A stretch of 42,824 nt of DNA from assembly GCA_049656505.1 (NCBI GenBank), contig JBASLU010000051.1, forward strand, positions 1 to 42,824, in the 5' to 3' direction. Each line of letters begins with the position of its first letter. The stretch's first letter is position 1. This DNA is from Candidatus Saccharimonadales bacterium. GTDB lineage: Bacteria; Patescibacteriota; Saccharimonadia; Saccharimonadales; Saccharimonadaceae. Both the position numbers and the translations under genes were made by a program. Positions 15,422 through 24,592 of this stretch are shown one piece after another. The notes beneath the pieces are model-generated. The model was not told where the DNA came from. It did not search any database and worked only from the letters and a program-made list of their open reading frames with translations.

Positions 15422-16789
15422 CTAGATGGCTAAATCTTTTATTGCTATTCGTCTTTGTTCGGTCGTATCTCGATCACGAATTGTAACTGTATCATTTTCT
15501 AAAGACTCAAAATCAATTACTACACAATGAGGTGTACCTATTTCATCTTGCCTGCGATACCGTTTGCCTATATTACCGTTATCGTCCCACATAACCGATT
15601 TATATTTGCTTTTTAATATATTATAAACTTCACGCGCTTTTTCAACCAGTTCAGGTTTGTTTTTAAGTAAAGGTGAAACGGCATATTTGACAGGCGCTAA
15701 ATGTTCTGGAAGACGCAGGTAAACACGCCGTTCGCCATTAACTTCGTCTTCTGTATAACTTTCTGCCAATACTGCAAGGATATTCCGATCTAAACCAAAT
15801 GTAGGCTCAATTACGTGTGGAATAATCTTTTGATTAGTCCCTTTTATTGTATATTCCATATTAACGCCACTGTGTTGCATGTGATTTTTCAAATCAAAAT
15901 CAGTTCGATATGCGACTGCTCCAATTTCTTTTGGCCCGAACTCAAATTCGTACTCAAAATCAATTGTACGATTACTATAATGTGCTCTGTCTGCTTCTGG
16001 TACCTCTAACTCATGCAATTTACTATCATCAAGACCAATTGCCTTTACCCACTCATGAAATTGCAGACGCCAATACTCAAACTGTTTTTCCCAATCTTCA
16101 GCCTTAATAAAGTATTCAAACTCCATAATTTCGAATTCTCTTACTCTAAATATAAATTCACGAGGTGATATTTCATTCCTAAATGCTCGACCGATTTGCG
16201 CAATGCCAAAGGGCAGATTTGGATAAAAACTATCTAGAATATTTTTGTAGTTAACAAACATACCTTGGGCATTCTCTGGTCTAAGGTAGGCAATGGATTT
16301 ATCATCACGTACTGGTCCGACATTGGTTTCGAACATCAGGTTAAACACTCGCACCTTACTTAATTCATTGCCCTCAGGACTCTTTATGCCATTTTCAACA
16401 ATTAAACTATCAATTTGTTCGTTAGTTAAAGCTTCAGCGTTAGCAACTCCATTATCTTCTAATAAGTGATCCGCGCGATAACGTTTGCCAGTTTTAACGT
16501 CTTCGACTAACGGATCTGCAAACCCTGCACCAGTATGACCACTTGCTTGCCAGACCTTTTGATTCATCAATATTGCAGAATCTAGACCGTACATATCCTC
16601 GCGATCTTCTACAAACATTTTCCACCATAGATTACTAATATTACGTTTTAGTATCACACCGAGCGGACCATAGTCCCAAGTGCCACTTAAGCCACCATAA
16701 ATTTCACTACCCTGATAAATAAAACCGCGTCTTTTACAAAGACTAACAATTGATTCCATCTTTTCGTTTCGATTATTTTTTTCGTTCAT
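15422..16789 (-). CDS. glyQS: Glycine--tRNA ligase (dimeric class II GlyQS type)
   Basis: RGFIYQGSEIYGGLSGTWDYGPLG N-terminal signature, class II motifs (FRNEISPREFIFRVREFEIMEFEYF) and a C-terminal anticodon-binding domain. Confidence 0.95.
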   Translation of the reverse strand: MNEKNNRNEKMESIVSLCKRRGFIYQGSEIYGGLSGTWDYGPLGVILKRNISNLWWKMFVEDREDMYGLDSAILMNQKVWQASGHTGAGFADPLVEDVKTGKRYRADHLLEDNGVANAEALTNEQIDSLIVENGIKSPEGNELSKVRVFNLMFETNVGPVRDDKSIAYLRPENAQGMFVNYKNILDSFYPNLPFGIAQIGRAFRNEISPREFIFRVREFEIMEFEYFIKAEDWEKQFEYWRLQFHEWVKAIGLDDSKLHELEVPEADRAHYSNRTIDFEYEFEFGPKEIGAVAYRTDFDLKNHMQHSGVNMEYTIKGTNQKIIPHVIEPTFGLDRNILAVLAESYTEDEVNGERRVYLRLPEHLAPVKYAVSPLLKNKPELVEKAREVYNILKSKYKSVMWDDNGNIGKRYRRQDEIGTPHCVVIDFESLENDTVTIRDRDTTEQRRIAIKDLAI

Positions 16790-16809
16790 AATTAATGCTT
16801 ATTATATCA

Positions 16810-17484
16810 TCATACGGCAGCATGTTCTCTAGCTACCATTAAACAATCATCAATTATATTTTCAGTTCCACCAATTTTCGCCAAAATATCTAAACTTTTT
16901 GTTGATAATAAACGGAGCAATTTAATATGATCTGCTTTTATAATACCCGTTTCATCGGATTTTAAACCCCGTTCGTTTGCATCGTATAAATAACTTAAAT
17001 TAGAGGATATTTTATTACCATTAATATCAAAAGTTAAACTTAAGTCATGCCCAGTTAGCAGAGCGTACTTAATATAGAACCAAGCTTCTACAATTTCGAT
17101 TGATAGTGATTTTGAGTTTAGACCAGCCAAAGTACTAGATAGCAAATCGTACCATTCACCTCCTCCTGAAGATTCGCTAGTTTTCGAAACTAATTTAATA
17201 GCTAGATAAGCAAATTGCATTCTTTCGTAATCCACTATTATGCGATTATAAAATTTAACTAATCTTGAGGAAGTGACAGTTTTCATTTCACTTTTGCCAT
17301 CCATAAAAACAATCTCACAAATTGAAAATAGCTCTATTCCACCAGCTAAGCGACTTTTTTCTCGACGTACACCCTTAGCGATAGCACTGATCTTGCCAAC
17401 TGGAGTGATAAACTGAATAATCCTATCCGCCTCGCCATAATTAGTCCTTCTTAAAACTATGGCTTTAGTTTTTGTAATTTTCAT
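16810..17484 (-). CDS. recO: DNA repair protein RecO
   Basis: N-terminal OB-fold signature TKAIVLRRTNYGEADRIIQFITPVGKISAIAKGVRR, and length typical of RecO. 4-nt ATGA overlap with the upstream REC gene. Confidence 0.85.
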   Translation of the reverse strand: MKITKTKAIVLRRTNYGEADRIIQFITPVGKISAIAKGVRREKSRLAGGIELFSICEIVFMDGKSEMKTVTSSRLVKFYNRIIVDYERMQFAYLAIKLVSKTSESSGGGEWYDLLSSTLAGLNSKSLSIEIVEAWFYIKYALLTGHDLSLTFDINGNKISSNLSYLYDANERGLKSDETGIIKADHIKLLRLLSTKSLDILAKIGGTENIIDDCLMVAREHAAV

Positions 17485-17855
17485 TCGATTAATCCATTAA
17501 CTGCATTAACTAAATCATTTGGCTGCATAGTCGTCTTATCGATTATTTTTTTCACGCCGTAGGCGCTTAAATCGTCTATAGATAAATCCTTAGCTAAATT
17601 TGAACATAAGATAATGATTGTTGAACTAATGTCAGTATAGGAATTAATTTCATGTAACAAAGGCAGAGCATTCCCATCAGGCAATAAAAAATCCAATATA
17701 ACAATCTTCGGCTTAAAATCATCTATAGCATTAATAGCTAATTGAGCATTATTAACAACTTGAGTTTTAAATCCTTGTTTATCAAAATATCTGACATAAT
17801 TATCGGATAACCAAGTATCGTCCTCTACAATTAATACACGCTTATTTTTTTTCAT
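17481..17855 (-). CDS. Single-domain response regulator (REC only)
   Basis: VLIVEDD, phospho-acceptor context IVILDFLLPDG and the conserved K in KKIIDKT. No output domain. ATGA overlaps on both sides. Confidence 0.88.
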   Translation of the reverse strand: MKKNKRVLIVEDDTWLSDNYVRYFDKQGFKTQVVNNAQLAINAIDDFKPKIVILDFLLPDGNALPLLHEINSYTDISSTIIILCSNLAKDLSIDDLSAYGVKKIIDKTTMQPNDLVNAVNGLIE

Positions 17856-18595
17856 AATAAACTAAGTTGTTTCGAAGCCTGTAAATCAACATAGAACGTA
17901 GTACCGACCTTTCTATGCCTAGTAATACCAATCTTTCCATGCATAGCAATAGCAAATTGACTGGCTATATAAATACCTAAGCCGCTACTCTGGGGACGAT
18001 TATTTATAAAATGAGTTTCTAGTAATTTACCATTTTTTAGCATTTTTACGTCCTTAACGTTTAAGTCGGGACCATAATCACGAACCGCCAATCTAATAAT
18101 CGAGCCAGATTTTAATGACCCTATTTTAATCTCTACTGTCTTACTTTCACCCGAATAGTGTAGAGCGTTATCGCTGAAATTAGTTATAATACGCCTCAGC
18201 AAATCACGGTTAGCCACTAAAAGAAGCGGGTGTTTTCGATTTATAAATTTAATTTCTTTTTTATTAGCTTCAAAAAGTGGCTTTAGTTCATGGACAACGT
18301 CTTCGCATATTTGTTGTGGATTAATGGGCTCTAGTTTAAACATAGCATCGGATAAATTTACCGAACGGGTAAGGTCAGTAGTTAGTCTTAAAGCTCGCTC
18401 GCTAGTCAGTAGTATTTGATTGATTATTCGACTTTTTTCTTCTACAGTAAAATTAGTGTCCTGTAGGGCTAGCGCAAGTTGTCTAATTAAAACAATGGGC
18501 GACTTTAATTCATGCGCCGCCGTTATTATAGGCGGCATGCCACCTACTAAAGAGTGAGAATTTAAAAACTCTTGGTCCCCTTTTATACCATCCAT
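17852..18595 (-). CDS. Soluble histidine kinase (HisKA + HATPase_c only, no sensor or TM region)
   Basis: H-box AAHELKSPI begins at about aa 26. N-box NFSDNALHYS and G-boxes RDYGPD and SGLGIYIASQ. No hydrophobic segments. Confidence 0.88.
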   Translation of the reverse strand: MDGIKGDQEFLNSHSLVGGMPPIITAAHELKSPIVLIRQLALALQDTNFTVEEKSRIINQILLTSERALRLTTDLTRSVNLSDAMFKLEPINPQQICEDVVHELKPLFEANKKEIKFINRKHPLLLVANRDLLRRIITNFSDNALHYSGESKTVEIKIGSLKSGSIIRLAVRDYGPDLNVKDVKMLKNGKLLETHFINNRPQSSGLGIYIASQFAIAMHGKIGITRHRKVGTTFYVDLQASKQLSLL

Positions 18596-18622
18596 ACAAT
18601 ATAAATTGTACCACGGAATAAT

Positions 18623-19342
18623 TTATTGATTGAATTTTATAGTTTTAATTAATCTATCAAAATCGGTTCTAAAAATATTAGCATCAGATCTAATGGTTAA
18701 AGTTTTATCTCGCATTTTGAATATAACAGCAGAACCACGAATATCTTCGCTAAAATTACCATCCAGTCGGATACCTTTAATATTGTTGACTGTAATACTA
18801 CTTGATTTTAAATCGCCATCTTTAACTCGAGAACCATAGCTATCAACAACGTCTTCATAATTATTTGGCTCTATATATACACGAAGTGCGAATAATTGCG
18901 ACTTATTCTTGACGCTAGGAACAAACCTAGGATTGAAATATGCCACATAATCCCCTCCACTTGATCCATCATTTTCTATATATACGCTCCAGGTCTTAGG
19001 ATACATAAAGGACAGACTACCATAATCTTCCGGACCATTAAATTCTAGACTTGGGCTTTTTTCCCTTTCTATAAAATCGGCTTCGAGTTTGTCAGCTTGC
19101 TGTTTTTTTGCGTCTGTTATAGCAGAGGCTATCTTCCCGTCAACATCCTTCTTTTGCTCACTATAACTTACAAACATCCATATAGATAAAACAGATAACA
19201 ATACAAGTAAAATAGACAAGACAATTATTACTACGGTTGATTTATTCCTTGAATTATTTGTATTCGAATTACTAGGGTTATTTACAGGTTGTGGTTGAGT
19301 AGTATTTACGTTTAATCCGTTTGGGATAGAAAAATCTGTCAT
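18623..19342 (-). CDS. Hypothetical membrane-anchored protein (N/Q/S-rich tail, one TM, ~170-aa extracytoplasmic beta-rich domain)
   Basis: TM VVIIVLSILLVLLSVLSIWMFV. The ectodomain is loosely reminiscent of PsbP/DcrB-like folds, but this cannot be verified by eye. Confidence 0.55.
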   Translation of the reverse strand: MTDFSIPNGLNVNTTQPQPVNNPSNSNTNNSRNKSTVVIIVLSILLVLLSVLSIWMFVSYSEQKKDVDGKIASAITDAKKQQADKLEADFIEREKSPSLEFNGPEDYGSLSFMYPKTWSVYIENDGSSGGDYVAYFNPRFVPSVKNKSQLFALRVYIEPNNYEDVVDSYGSRVKDGDLKSSSITVNNIKGIRLDGNFSEDIRGSAVIFKMRDKTLTIRSDANIFRTDFDRLIKTIKFNQ

Positions 19343-19390
19343 AAGAATTATTATACTTGTGCTTAAATAATCTGTAAAGTAATTGTTAAA

Positions 19391-19588
19391 TTATGAATCA
19401 AACTTCTTTTTTACTATTTCTATTTCATTTTTTAATTGATTTAGCTCTTTTTCGATATCAACAGCTAGTTTTTGAGCTTCTTTAAATTTTTCCAAAGCTT
19501 TTTCTATATCAAAGTCGTCACTATTAAACCATGCGATAATCTTATTTAAATGGTCGGTTTTTTCTTTAATACTACTATTTTTCATCAA
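19391..19588 (-). CDS. xseB: Exodeoxyribonuclease VII small subunit
   Basis: 65-aa helical protein (IEKALEKFKEAQKLAVDIEKEL) directly after xseA, with a 14-nt overlap. Confidence 0.85.
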   Translation of the reverse strand: MMKNSSIKEKTDHLNKIIAWFNSDDFDIEKALEKFKEAQKLAVDIEKELNQLKNEIEIVKKKFDS

Positions 19589-20681
19589 TATTTTTAACCT
19601 CCGCTTTAATCAATTTATTTACTGTTTCTATAGTAATCAACTCCCCTATCTTAATTCTACCAGATAAAATTGCATAGCCACGCTTTAACACTTTTTTAGG
19701 ATCAAGTTGAACAATAATATCTTTAAAATTTTTTAACAATGAAAATTGCATAGATAATTTATCTTCGATTTTTTCTAAAACATTTCTTAAAGTATGTCTA
19801 TTATTAATTTTAATATTTTCTATCATTAAAATAATTGTTGATGCTATTGAAGCCACCCTTAGTGAATTTGTTTTAATAAATTCAGTCTTTTCAGGAACTA
19901 TAATTTGCGCCGCATTACTGGGCGTGGAAGCGCTAACATCAGCTGCTAAGTCCGCCAGTGTTTCATCAATCTCGTGCCCAACACCAACTAAAATTGGTAC
20001 TCTGCTAGAAGCTATCGATCTTACTAAAAATTCATCGTTAAAAGCGGAAAGATCGTCCTTACTACCACCGCCCCTAATAATAACAATTACATCTGGTAAA
20101 AGTTCGAGCTGATTAAAATATTCAATAGCTTTTATTATCTGATCTGCCGCGCCGACTCCTTGAACTTGAATATCCGCAACGTCTATTTTTAACCCAGCCC
20201 ATCTATCATTAATAATTTTTATAAAGTCTGCATAACCTGCTGCTTGAGTACTACTAATAACAGCGATGTTCGTAGGTATTTCTGGCAAAAGGCGTTTACG
20301 CTCAACACTGAACAAACCCTCTTGCTCAAGTTTATTTTTCAATAATTCAAAACTCTTCTTGATAGACCCTTCTCCACTAGGTCTAATTGACTGTATGGTT
20401 AAACTAAATTTACCCCATTTAGTAAGCCTTGGAGCCGCCAAAACAACAACTTTCATGCCATCTTCTATGGCAGTTCTTAGTTGCCAAACAGTCATAAAAC
20501 AATTTAAGCTACCATCTTGATCCTTGATGTCGAAAAAAACGTATTTGTCTTTATTTATTTTAAAAGACGACACCTCGCCCTCAATCTCCACTAATCCGTA
20601 ACTATATTCAAAATTCTGATTAATGATAGATATAAAATCACTAACGCTAAAAACTTGGTTATTATTTAGAGATTTTGCCAT
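19575..20681 (-). CDS. xseA: Exodeoxyribonuclease VII large subunit
   Basis: N-terminal OB fold (FSVSDFISIINQNFE...VEIEGEVSSFK) and the catalytic-region motif RGGGSKDDLSAFNDE. Confidence 0.92.
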   Translation of the reverse strand: MAKSLNNNQVFSVSDFISIINQNFEYSYGLVEIEGEVSSFKINKDKYVFFDIKDQDGSLNCFMTVWQLRTAIEDGMKVVVLAAPRLTKWGKFSLTIQSIRPSGEGSIKKSFELLKNKLEQEGLFSVERKRLLPEIPTNIAVISSTQAAGYADFIKIINDRWAGLKIDVADIQVQGVGAADQIIKAIEYFNQLELLPDVIVIIRGGGSKDDLSAFNDEFLVRSIASSRVPILVGVGHEIDETLADLAADVSASTPSNAAQIIVPEKTEFIKTNSLRVASIASTIILMIENIKINNRHTLRNVLEKIEDKLSMQFSLLKNFKDIIVQLDPKKVLKRGYAILSGRIKIGELITIETVNKLIKAEVKNIDEK

Positions 20682-21693
20682 ATTTATTAATAGTTAGTTG
20701 ATAAAATATATAACCGAATATTATCGTGCCAGCGAACAAAGTTACTCTAGCTAAAAGTGTTCCTGCAATCGCAACGCTAGCTGGAACACCAGCGGAAACT
20801 AAGAAAGCAATCATAATCGCCTCATAAGCACCAGTTCCACCAGGAGTAGCAGCAAAAATAGCTGAAAAAGCCGATATGCCAAAAGCTATGAATAGTGCAG
20901 CTGGATTAACGAAAAATCCTAAAGACCAAAAAGCGCACCAAACTAAGGCAACATCTGTAATATTAGCAAGAACTGCCCATATAATTGGTTTGTGTAATAT
21001 ATTAGTTTGTCGGCTAATCTCAATATAATCATTATGGATTTCGTTAAAAAAATCGTTAGTTTTATCTAACTCCAAAACCTGTTTTTTCTTACCAAAGCTT
21101 AATCTATAAACTAATTTGTTGATTAAGTTGGTTATCCAATGAGACGTTTTTTTAACTCGGTTCCGGTCGCTAATACCATATACTAAAAGTGAAGTTGAAA
21201 TAATTGTCGCTAAAACAAATAATGTACTTATAAAAATTGCTGAACGACTAGCTTGATGGTCTAACATTAAAATAAATACTGATATTAATATTAATGCCAC
21301 GAAACTTACAAACATCAATACGTATCTAATTATTTGGGCCATAGTTGCCCTGCCTGCGCTGACACCATGACGTTTTAATATCCACCCGAGGTATGAAAAG
21401 CCAGCAATACTTGGAATTGGAATAATGTGATTAACGAAGTTAAGCTCTAAAGCTATTCGTGTCATTTGCCAACGATTTAGAGACTTTAATTCACCTTTCG
21501 ATTTTAAATAAGAAAACATAACTTCACCAACAGCAAAATAACTAAAAAACTGTAAAGGTATGAGTAGCAAAAAGATTGCTAAATTTACCTCACCAAGCAT
21601 ATTCCAAGCTTGAATAATTTGATCCCTAGTAAAATAAACTGCTAGAGCCAAAAGTAAGAAAGTTAAAATATTTAACCAAAAGCGAAACTTCAT
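20662..21693 (-). CDS. Flippase-like / lysylphosphatidylglycerol-synthase TM-region family membrane protein (UPF0104)
   Basis: About 8 predicted TM helices, with a glycine-rich C-terminal segment FAATPGGTGAYEAIMIAFL typical of UPF0104. Confidence 0.7.
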   Translation of the reverse strand: MKFRFWLNILTFLLLALAVYFTRDQIIQAWNMLGEVNLAIFLLLIPLQFFSYFAVGEVMFSYLKSKGELKSLNRWQMTRIALELNFVNHIIPIPSIAGFSYLGWILKRHGVSAGRATMAQIIRYVLMFVSFVALILISVFILMLDHQASRSAIFISTLFVLATIISTSLLVYGISDRNRVKKTSHWITNLINKLVYRLSFGKKKQVLELDKTNDFFNEIHNDYIEISRQTNILHKPIIWAVLANITDVALVWCAFWSLGFFVNPAALFIAFGISAFSAIFAATPGGTGAYEAIMIAFLVSAGVPASVAIAGTLLARVTLFAGTIIFGYIFYQLTINKYGKISK

Positions 21694-21747
21694 AATTTAT
21701 AGAATAATTATAGCACTCAAAATAACTTAAGGACGTATAATGATGAT

Positions 21748-23064
21748 ATGTATGTATCGATTCTAGGACGACAAGCGGAGTTGAGTGTAGCCGAGTTAGA
21801 GAGTGTTTTTGGCGAGAAAAAAATTGAATTAATTTCTAATGAAGCTGCGATGATTGATACAAACCAACCACCCAATATCAATATACTAGGTGGTTCAGTT
21901 AAAGTGGGCCGCATTATAAACGAAATTAGCTTTAATAAAGATTGGCATAAGTCGATCAAATATTTAATTGATTATTATCTTAAAAAGTGGGAAAAAGTTG
22001 ATTACAAGATAACACTCGGCTTAAGTTATTACGGTAATAATCAAAACGAAAGAGATATCCAAAAAATTGGTATACTAATTAAACAAGGTTTAAAAAAGAA
22101 AAATGCAAGTCTTAGATTGATACCAAATAAAACTAAAGCTTTAAGCTCGGCTGTCAGTCATCACAATAAATTAGGTCTATCGTCTAATAAAGTAGAGCTG
22201 ATGATTATTAGAACAAAAGCAAATGAAATAATAGTGGCTGAAAGTATTGGAGCACAGAATATCACGGCTTATGCTAAAAGAGATCAAGAAAGGCCTAAAC
22301 GAGATGCGTTTGTAGGAATGCTACCGCCAAAACTAGCACAGATAATGATAAATTTAGCTTGTGGTCAAATATTAGATAATAAATTAATCTCTCTAGGCGC
22401 TGGTGCTACTTCCATTGATGGCACTCTGGAACCCGAGTCTAAAAAGGCGCCAGAGCCATTTCCCGACCTGGAGCGAAACAGTGCCTTTAATGGAAGTGCG
22501 CCAAAAAGCAAACATAAAAACAATACGGTATTAGATCCTTTTTGTGGTACTGGAGTTATTTTGCAAGAAGCGGCACTTATGGGATTTGACATTATAGGTA
22601 CAGATATATCTCAGAAAATGATTGATTATAGTGAAGAAAATCTTCGATGGCTTGAAGATAAATATGATAGGAAAATAAATAAAGTTTTACAATCTGGAGA
22701 TGCTACGAAAACTCGATGGTCAAAAACAATCGATGCAGTTGTAAGTGAAACTTATTTGGGCCAACCTTTTAGCGCACCGCCCTCACCGACAAAACTCGAA
22801 GAAGTAAAAGATAATTGCAATCGCATAGTTACAGAATTTTTAAAAAATCTTTACCCACAAATCAAGTTCGGGACTCCAATTTGTATAGCCGTTCCTGCGT
22901 GGCGTGACGAAAATGGTATATTAACTCACCTGCCATTAATCTCAACAATAGCCCGTCTGGGCTATAAACCTCACGAATTCACGAATATCTCTCAAAATGA
23001 TCTGCTATACTTTCGTGAAAACCAAACCGTTGCCAGAGAGCTGCTTGTTTTGACAAAAATTTAA
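21748..23064 (+). CDS. Trm11/UPF0020-like SAM-dependent (RNA) methyltransferase with N-terminal THUMP-like region and an internal insertion
   Basis: LPPKLAQIMINLA, then after about 56 aa the motif I VLDPFCGTGVILQEAALMG. SETYLGQPF lies in the motif IV position. The substrate cannot be read from the sequence. Confidence 0.75.
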   Translation: MYVSILGRQAELSVAELESVFGEKKIELISNEAAMIDTNQPPNINILGGSVKVGRIINEISFNKDWHKSIKYLIDYYLKKWEKVDYKITLGLSYYGNNQNERDIQKIGILIKQGLKKKNASLRLIPNKTKALSSAVSHHNKLGLSSNKVELMIIRTKANEIIVAESIGAQNITAYAKRDQERPKRDAFVGMLPPKLAQIMINLACGQILDNKLISLGAGATSIDGTLEPESKKAPEPFPDLERNSAFNGSAPKSKHKNNTVLDPFCGTGVILQEAALMGFDIIGTDISQKMIDYSEENLRWLEDKYDRKINKVLQSGDATKTRWSKTIDAVVSETYLGQPFSAPPSPTKLEEVKDNCNRIVTEFLKNLYPQIKFGTPICIAVPAWRDENGILTHLPLISTIARLGYKPHEFTNISQNDLLYFRENQTVARELLVLTKI

Positions 23065-23122
23065 AACAAAAGTATTATACTAATATATGTATATTTAGCT
23101 TAAAGTGAAAGGTAAAATAAAT

Positions 23123-23782
23123 ATGGACTTCGAACATGGACCAAGTGGAACGATTGACGCTAAAACCTTAGTCGAACAAAATGGCGAAAATGTAGGGAAT
23201 ATTTCTGCTGTCGAATTTTCACCTGGTCATATTCAAGTTCAAAACAATGAAGATTCTGAAAGTGTTTTTTCTCCGGATGAAAAACCTCATCCAATAATAG
23301 AGGGTTTACCAGCAATCGGAGCTGATGCAGAGAATGAAAAACGAAGTAAAAAGATACCTGATGGAGCTACAGATAAAATATTCCTTGAAAATGATGGTTT
23401 CACTGGTGAAAATCGCCCCGAAAAACTTAATATGAAAGAAGTTCGAGATATATATTTTGACGAAGCAGGTACCGAAGCTATGATTGTAGAAGTCAGTCGT
23501 CGAGCTGAGACCTTAGTACCCAACGCCAGTAAAGAATTGCGTGATGCCATCCGGGTGCAAGCTGTCGCAAATTTCAAAAATGAATTAGAGTCCAAAAAAG
23601 CCGAACGACAGGCTATTGCAGATTCAGAGGCTCAAGAAATCCTTGATAAGTTAAAAGCTGGAAAATCGTTAGACGAATTAGAAAAAGAACAAATCACACC
23701 AACTACACAGCAAGGCGAGACCGCCTGGATTGACGAAGAACCACATACTGATATTGACACCATAGCTACAGCGCACAGTTAA
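23123..23782 (+). CDS. Hypothetical acidic protein
   Basis: The ORF is open from a GTG at 23105; the ATG at 23123 is preferred. E/D-rich, low-complexity N-half and helical C-half. No recognisable motifs. Confidence 0.5.
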   Translation: MDFEHGPSGTIDAKTLVEQNGENVGNISAVEFSPGHIQVQNNEDSESVFSPDEKPHPIIEGLPAIGADAENEKRSKKIPDGATDKIFLENDGFTGENRPEKLNMKEVRDIYFDEAGTEAMIVEVSRRAETLVPNASKELRDAIRVQAVANFKNELESKKAERQAIADSEAQEILDKLKAGKSLDELEKEQITPTTQQGETAWIDEEPHTDIDTIATAHS

Positions 23783-23795
23783 CCTCCATCCACCC

Positions 23796-23824
23796 TTGAC
23801 TCACCTCTCTATTTTTGATACAAT
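23796..23824 (+). promoter_or_regulatory. Sigma70-type promoter for rpmA (TTGACT-17 nt-TACAAT)
   Basis: TTGACT at 23796-23801, an exact 17-nt spacer, and TACAAT at 23819-23824. AGGAG SD at 23850-23854, 7 nt before the ATG at 23862. Confidence 0.6.
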
Positions 23825-23861
23825 TACTTAGATTTTGTTATAAAACATTAGGAGTTATTTA

Positions 23862-24134
23862 ATGTCACATGTTAAAGCTGGCGGTACCGCCAAGAACGTT
23901 CATGATAGTCCCGGTCAAAGACTTGGCGTTAAGAGGTTTGGTGGTCAAAAAGTTAAAACTGGTGAAGTTTTAGTTCGTCAAACTGGATCTACAAAAATTG
24001 CTGGCCCAGGTACTTTTGTTAGTAAAAATTATACGATTCACGCTGCCAAAGATGGTATCGTAGCTTTTAAGAAAGTCAAAAAAGGTCGTTTTACTGGTAA
24101 AACAGTCAATAGAACCCAAGTCGTCGTTCAATAA
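23862..24134 (+). CDS. rpmA: 50S ribosomal protein L27
   Basis: MSHVKAGGTAKNVHDSPGQRLGVKRFGGQKV...VRQTGSTK matches the L27 signature, and 90 aa is the right size. Confidence 0.95.
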   Translation: MSHVKAGGTAKNVHDSPGQRLGVKRFGGQKVKTGEVLVRQTGSTKIAGPGTFVSKNYTIHAAKDGIVAFKKVKKGRFTGKTVNRTQVVVQ

Positions 24135-24148
24135 TTAAACAATTTTGT

Positions 24149-24550
24149 TTATTTTATTTTTTTAGCTTCTTCAACCATGCCAAGATGGTATTTTACTCTA
24201 TCAACAACATCACCTATTACAACTTGAGATTTTACTAGATAATCATCTACCCCAAGTGATTCAGCCCGTTCTTTGTCCTTAGGCTGGCTCAACGCGGTTA
24301 GCATAATAATCCTTATATTAGCGGTAGCAGGAGTATTTCTTAGGATATCTAAAACATCAAAACCACTGATTTTTGGCATCATAGCATCTAAAAGAATCAG
24401 ATCCGGCTTAAAATCAACCGCTGCCGACAAAGCTTCTTCACCGTTATTAACTTCTTTAATAGAAAAGCCTTCCATCTCTAAACGAGATCTATATACTCCA
24501 GACAAGGCTACATCATCTTCTACGATTAAGATTTTCTTTTTGTCATTCAT
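24149..24550 (-). CDS. Single-domain response regulator (REC only, CheY/DivK-like)
   Basis: ILIVEDD, DLILLDAMMPKISG, MLTAL and DDYLVKS. No output domain and no adjacent kinase. Confidence 0.88.
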   Translation of the reverse strand: MNDKKKILIVEDDVALSGVYRSRLEMEGFSIKEVNNGEEALSAAVDFKPDLILLDAMMPKISGFDVLDILRNTPATANIRIIMLTALSQPKDKERAESLGVDDYLVKSQVVIGDVVDRVKYHLGMVEEAKKIK

Positions 24551-24592
24551 ACTAAAGTCTATATTACTACAAAAAAACTAAATAGCACAAGC

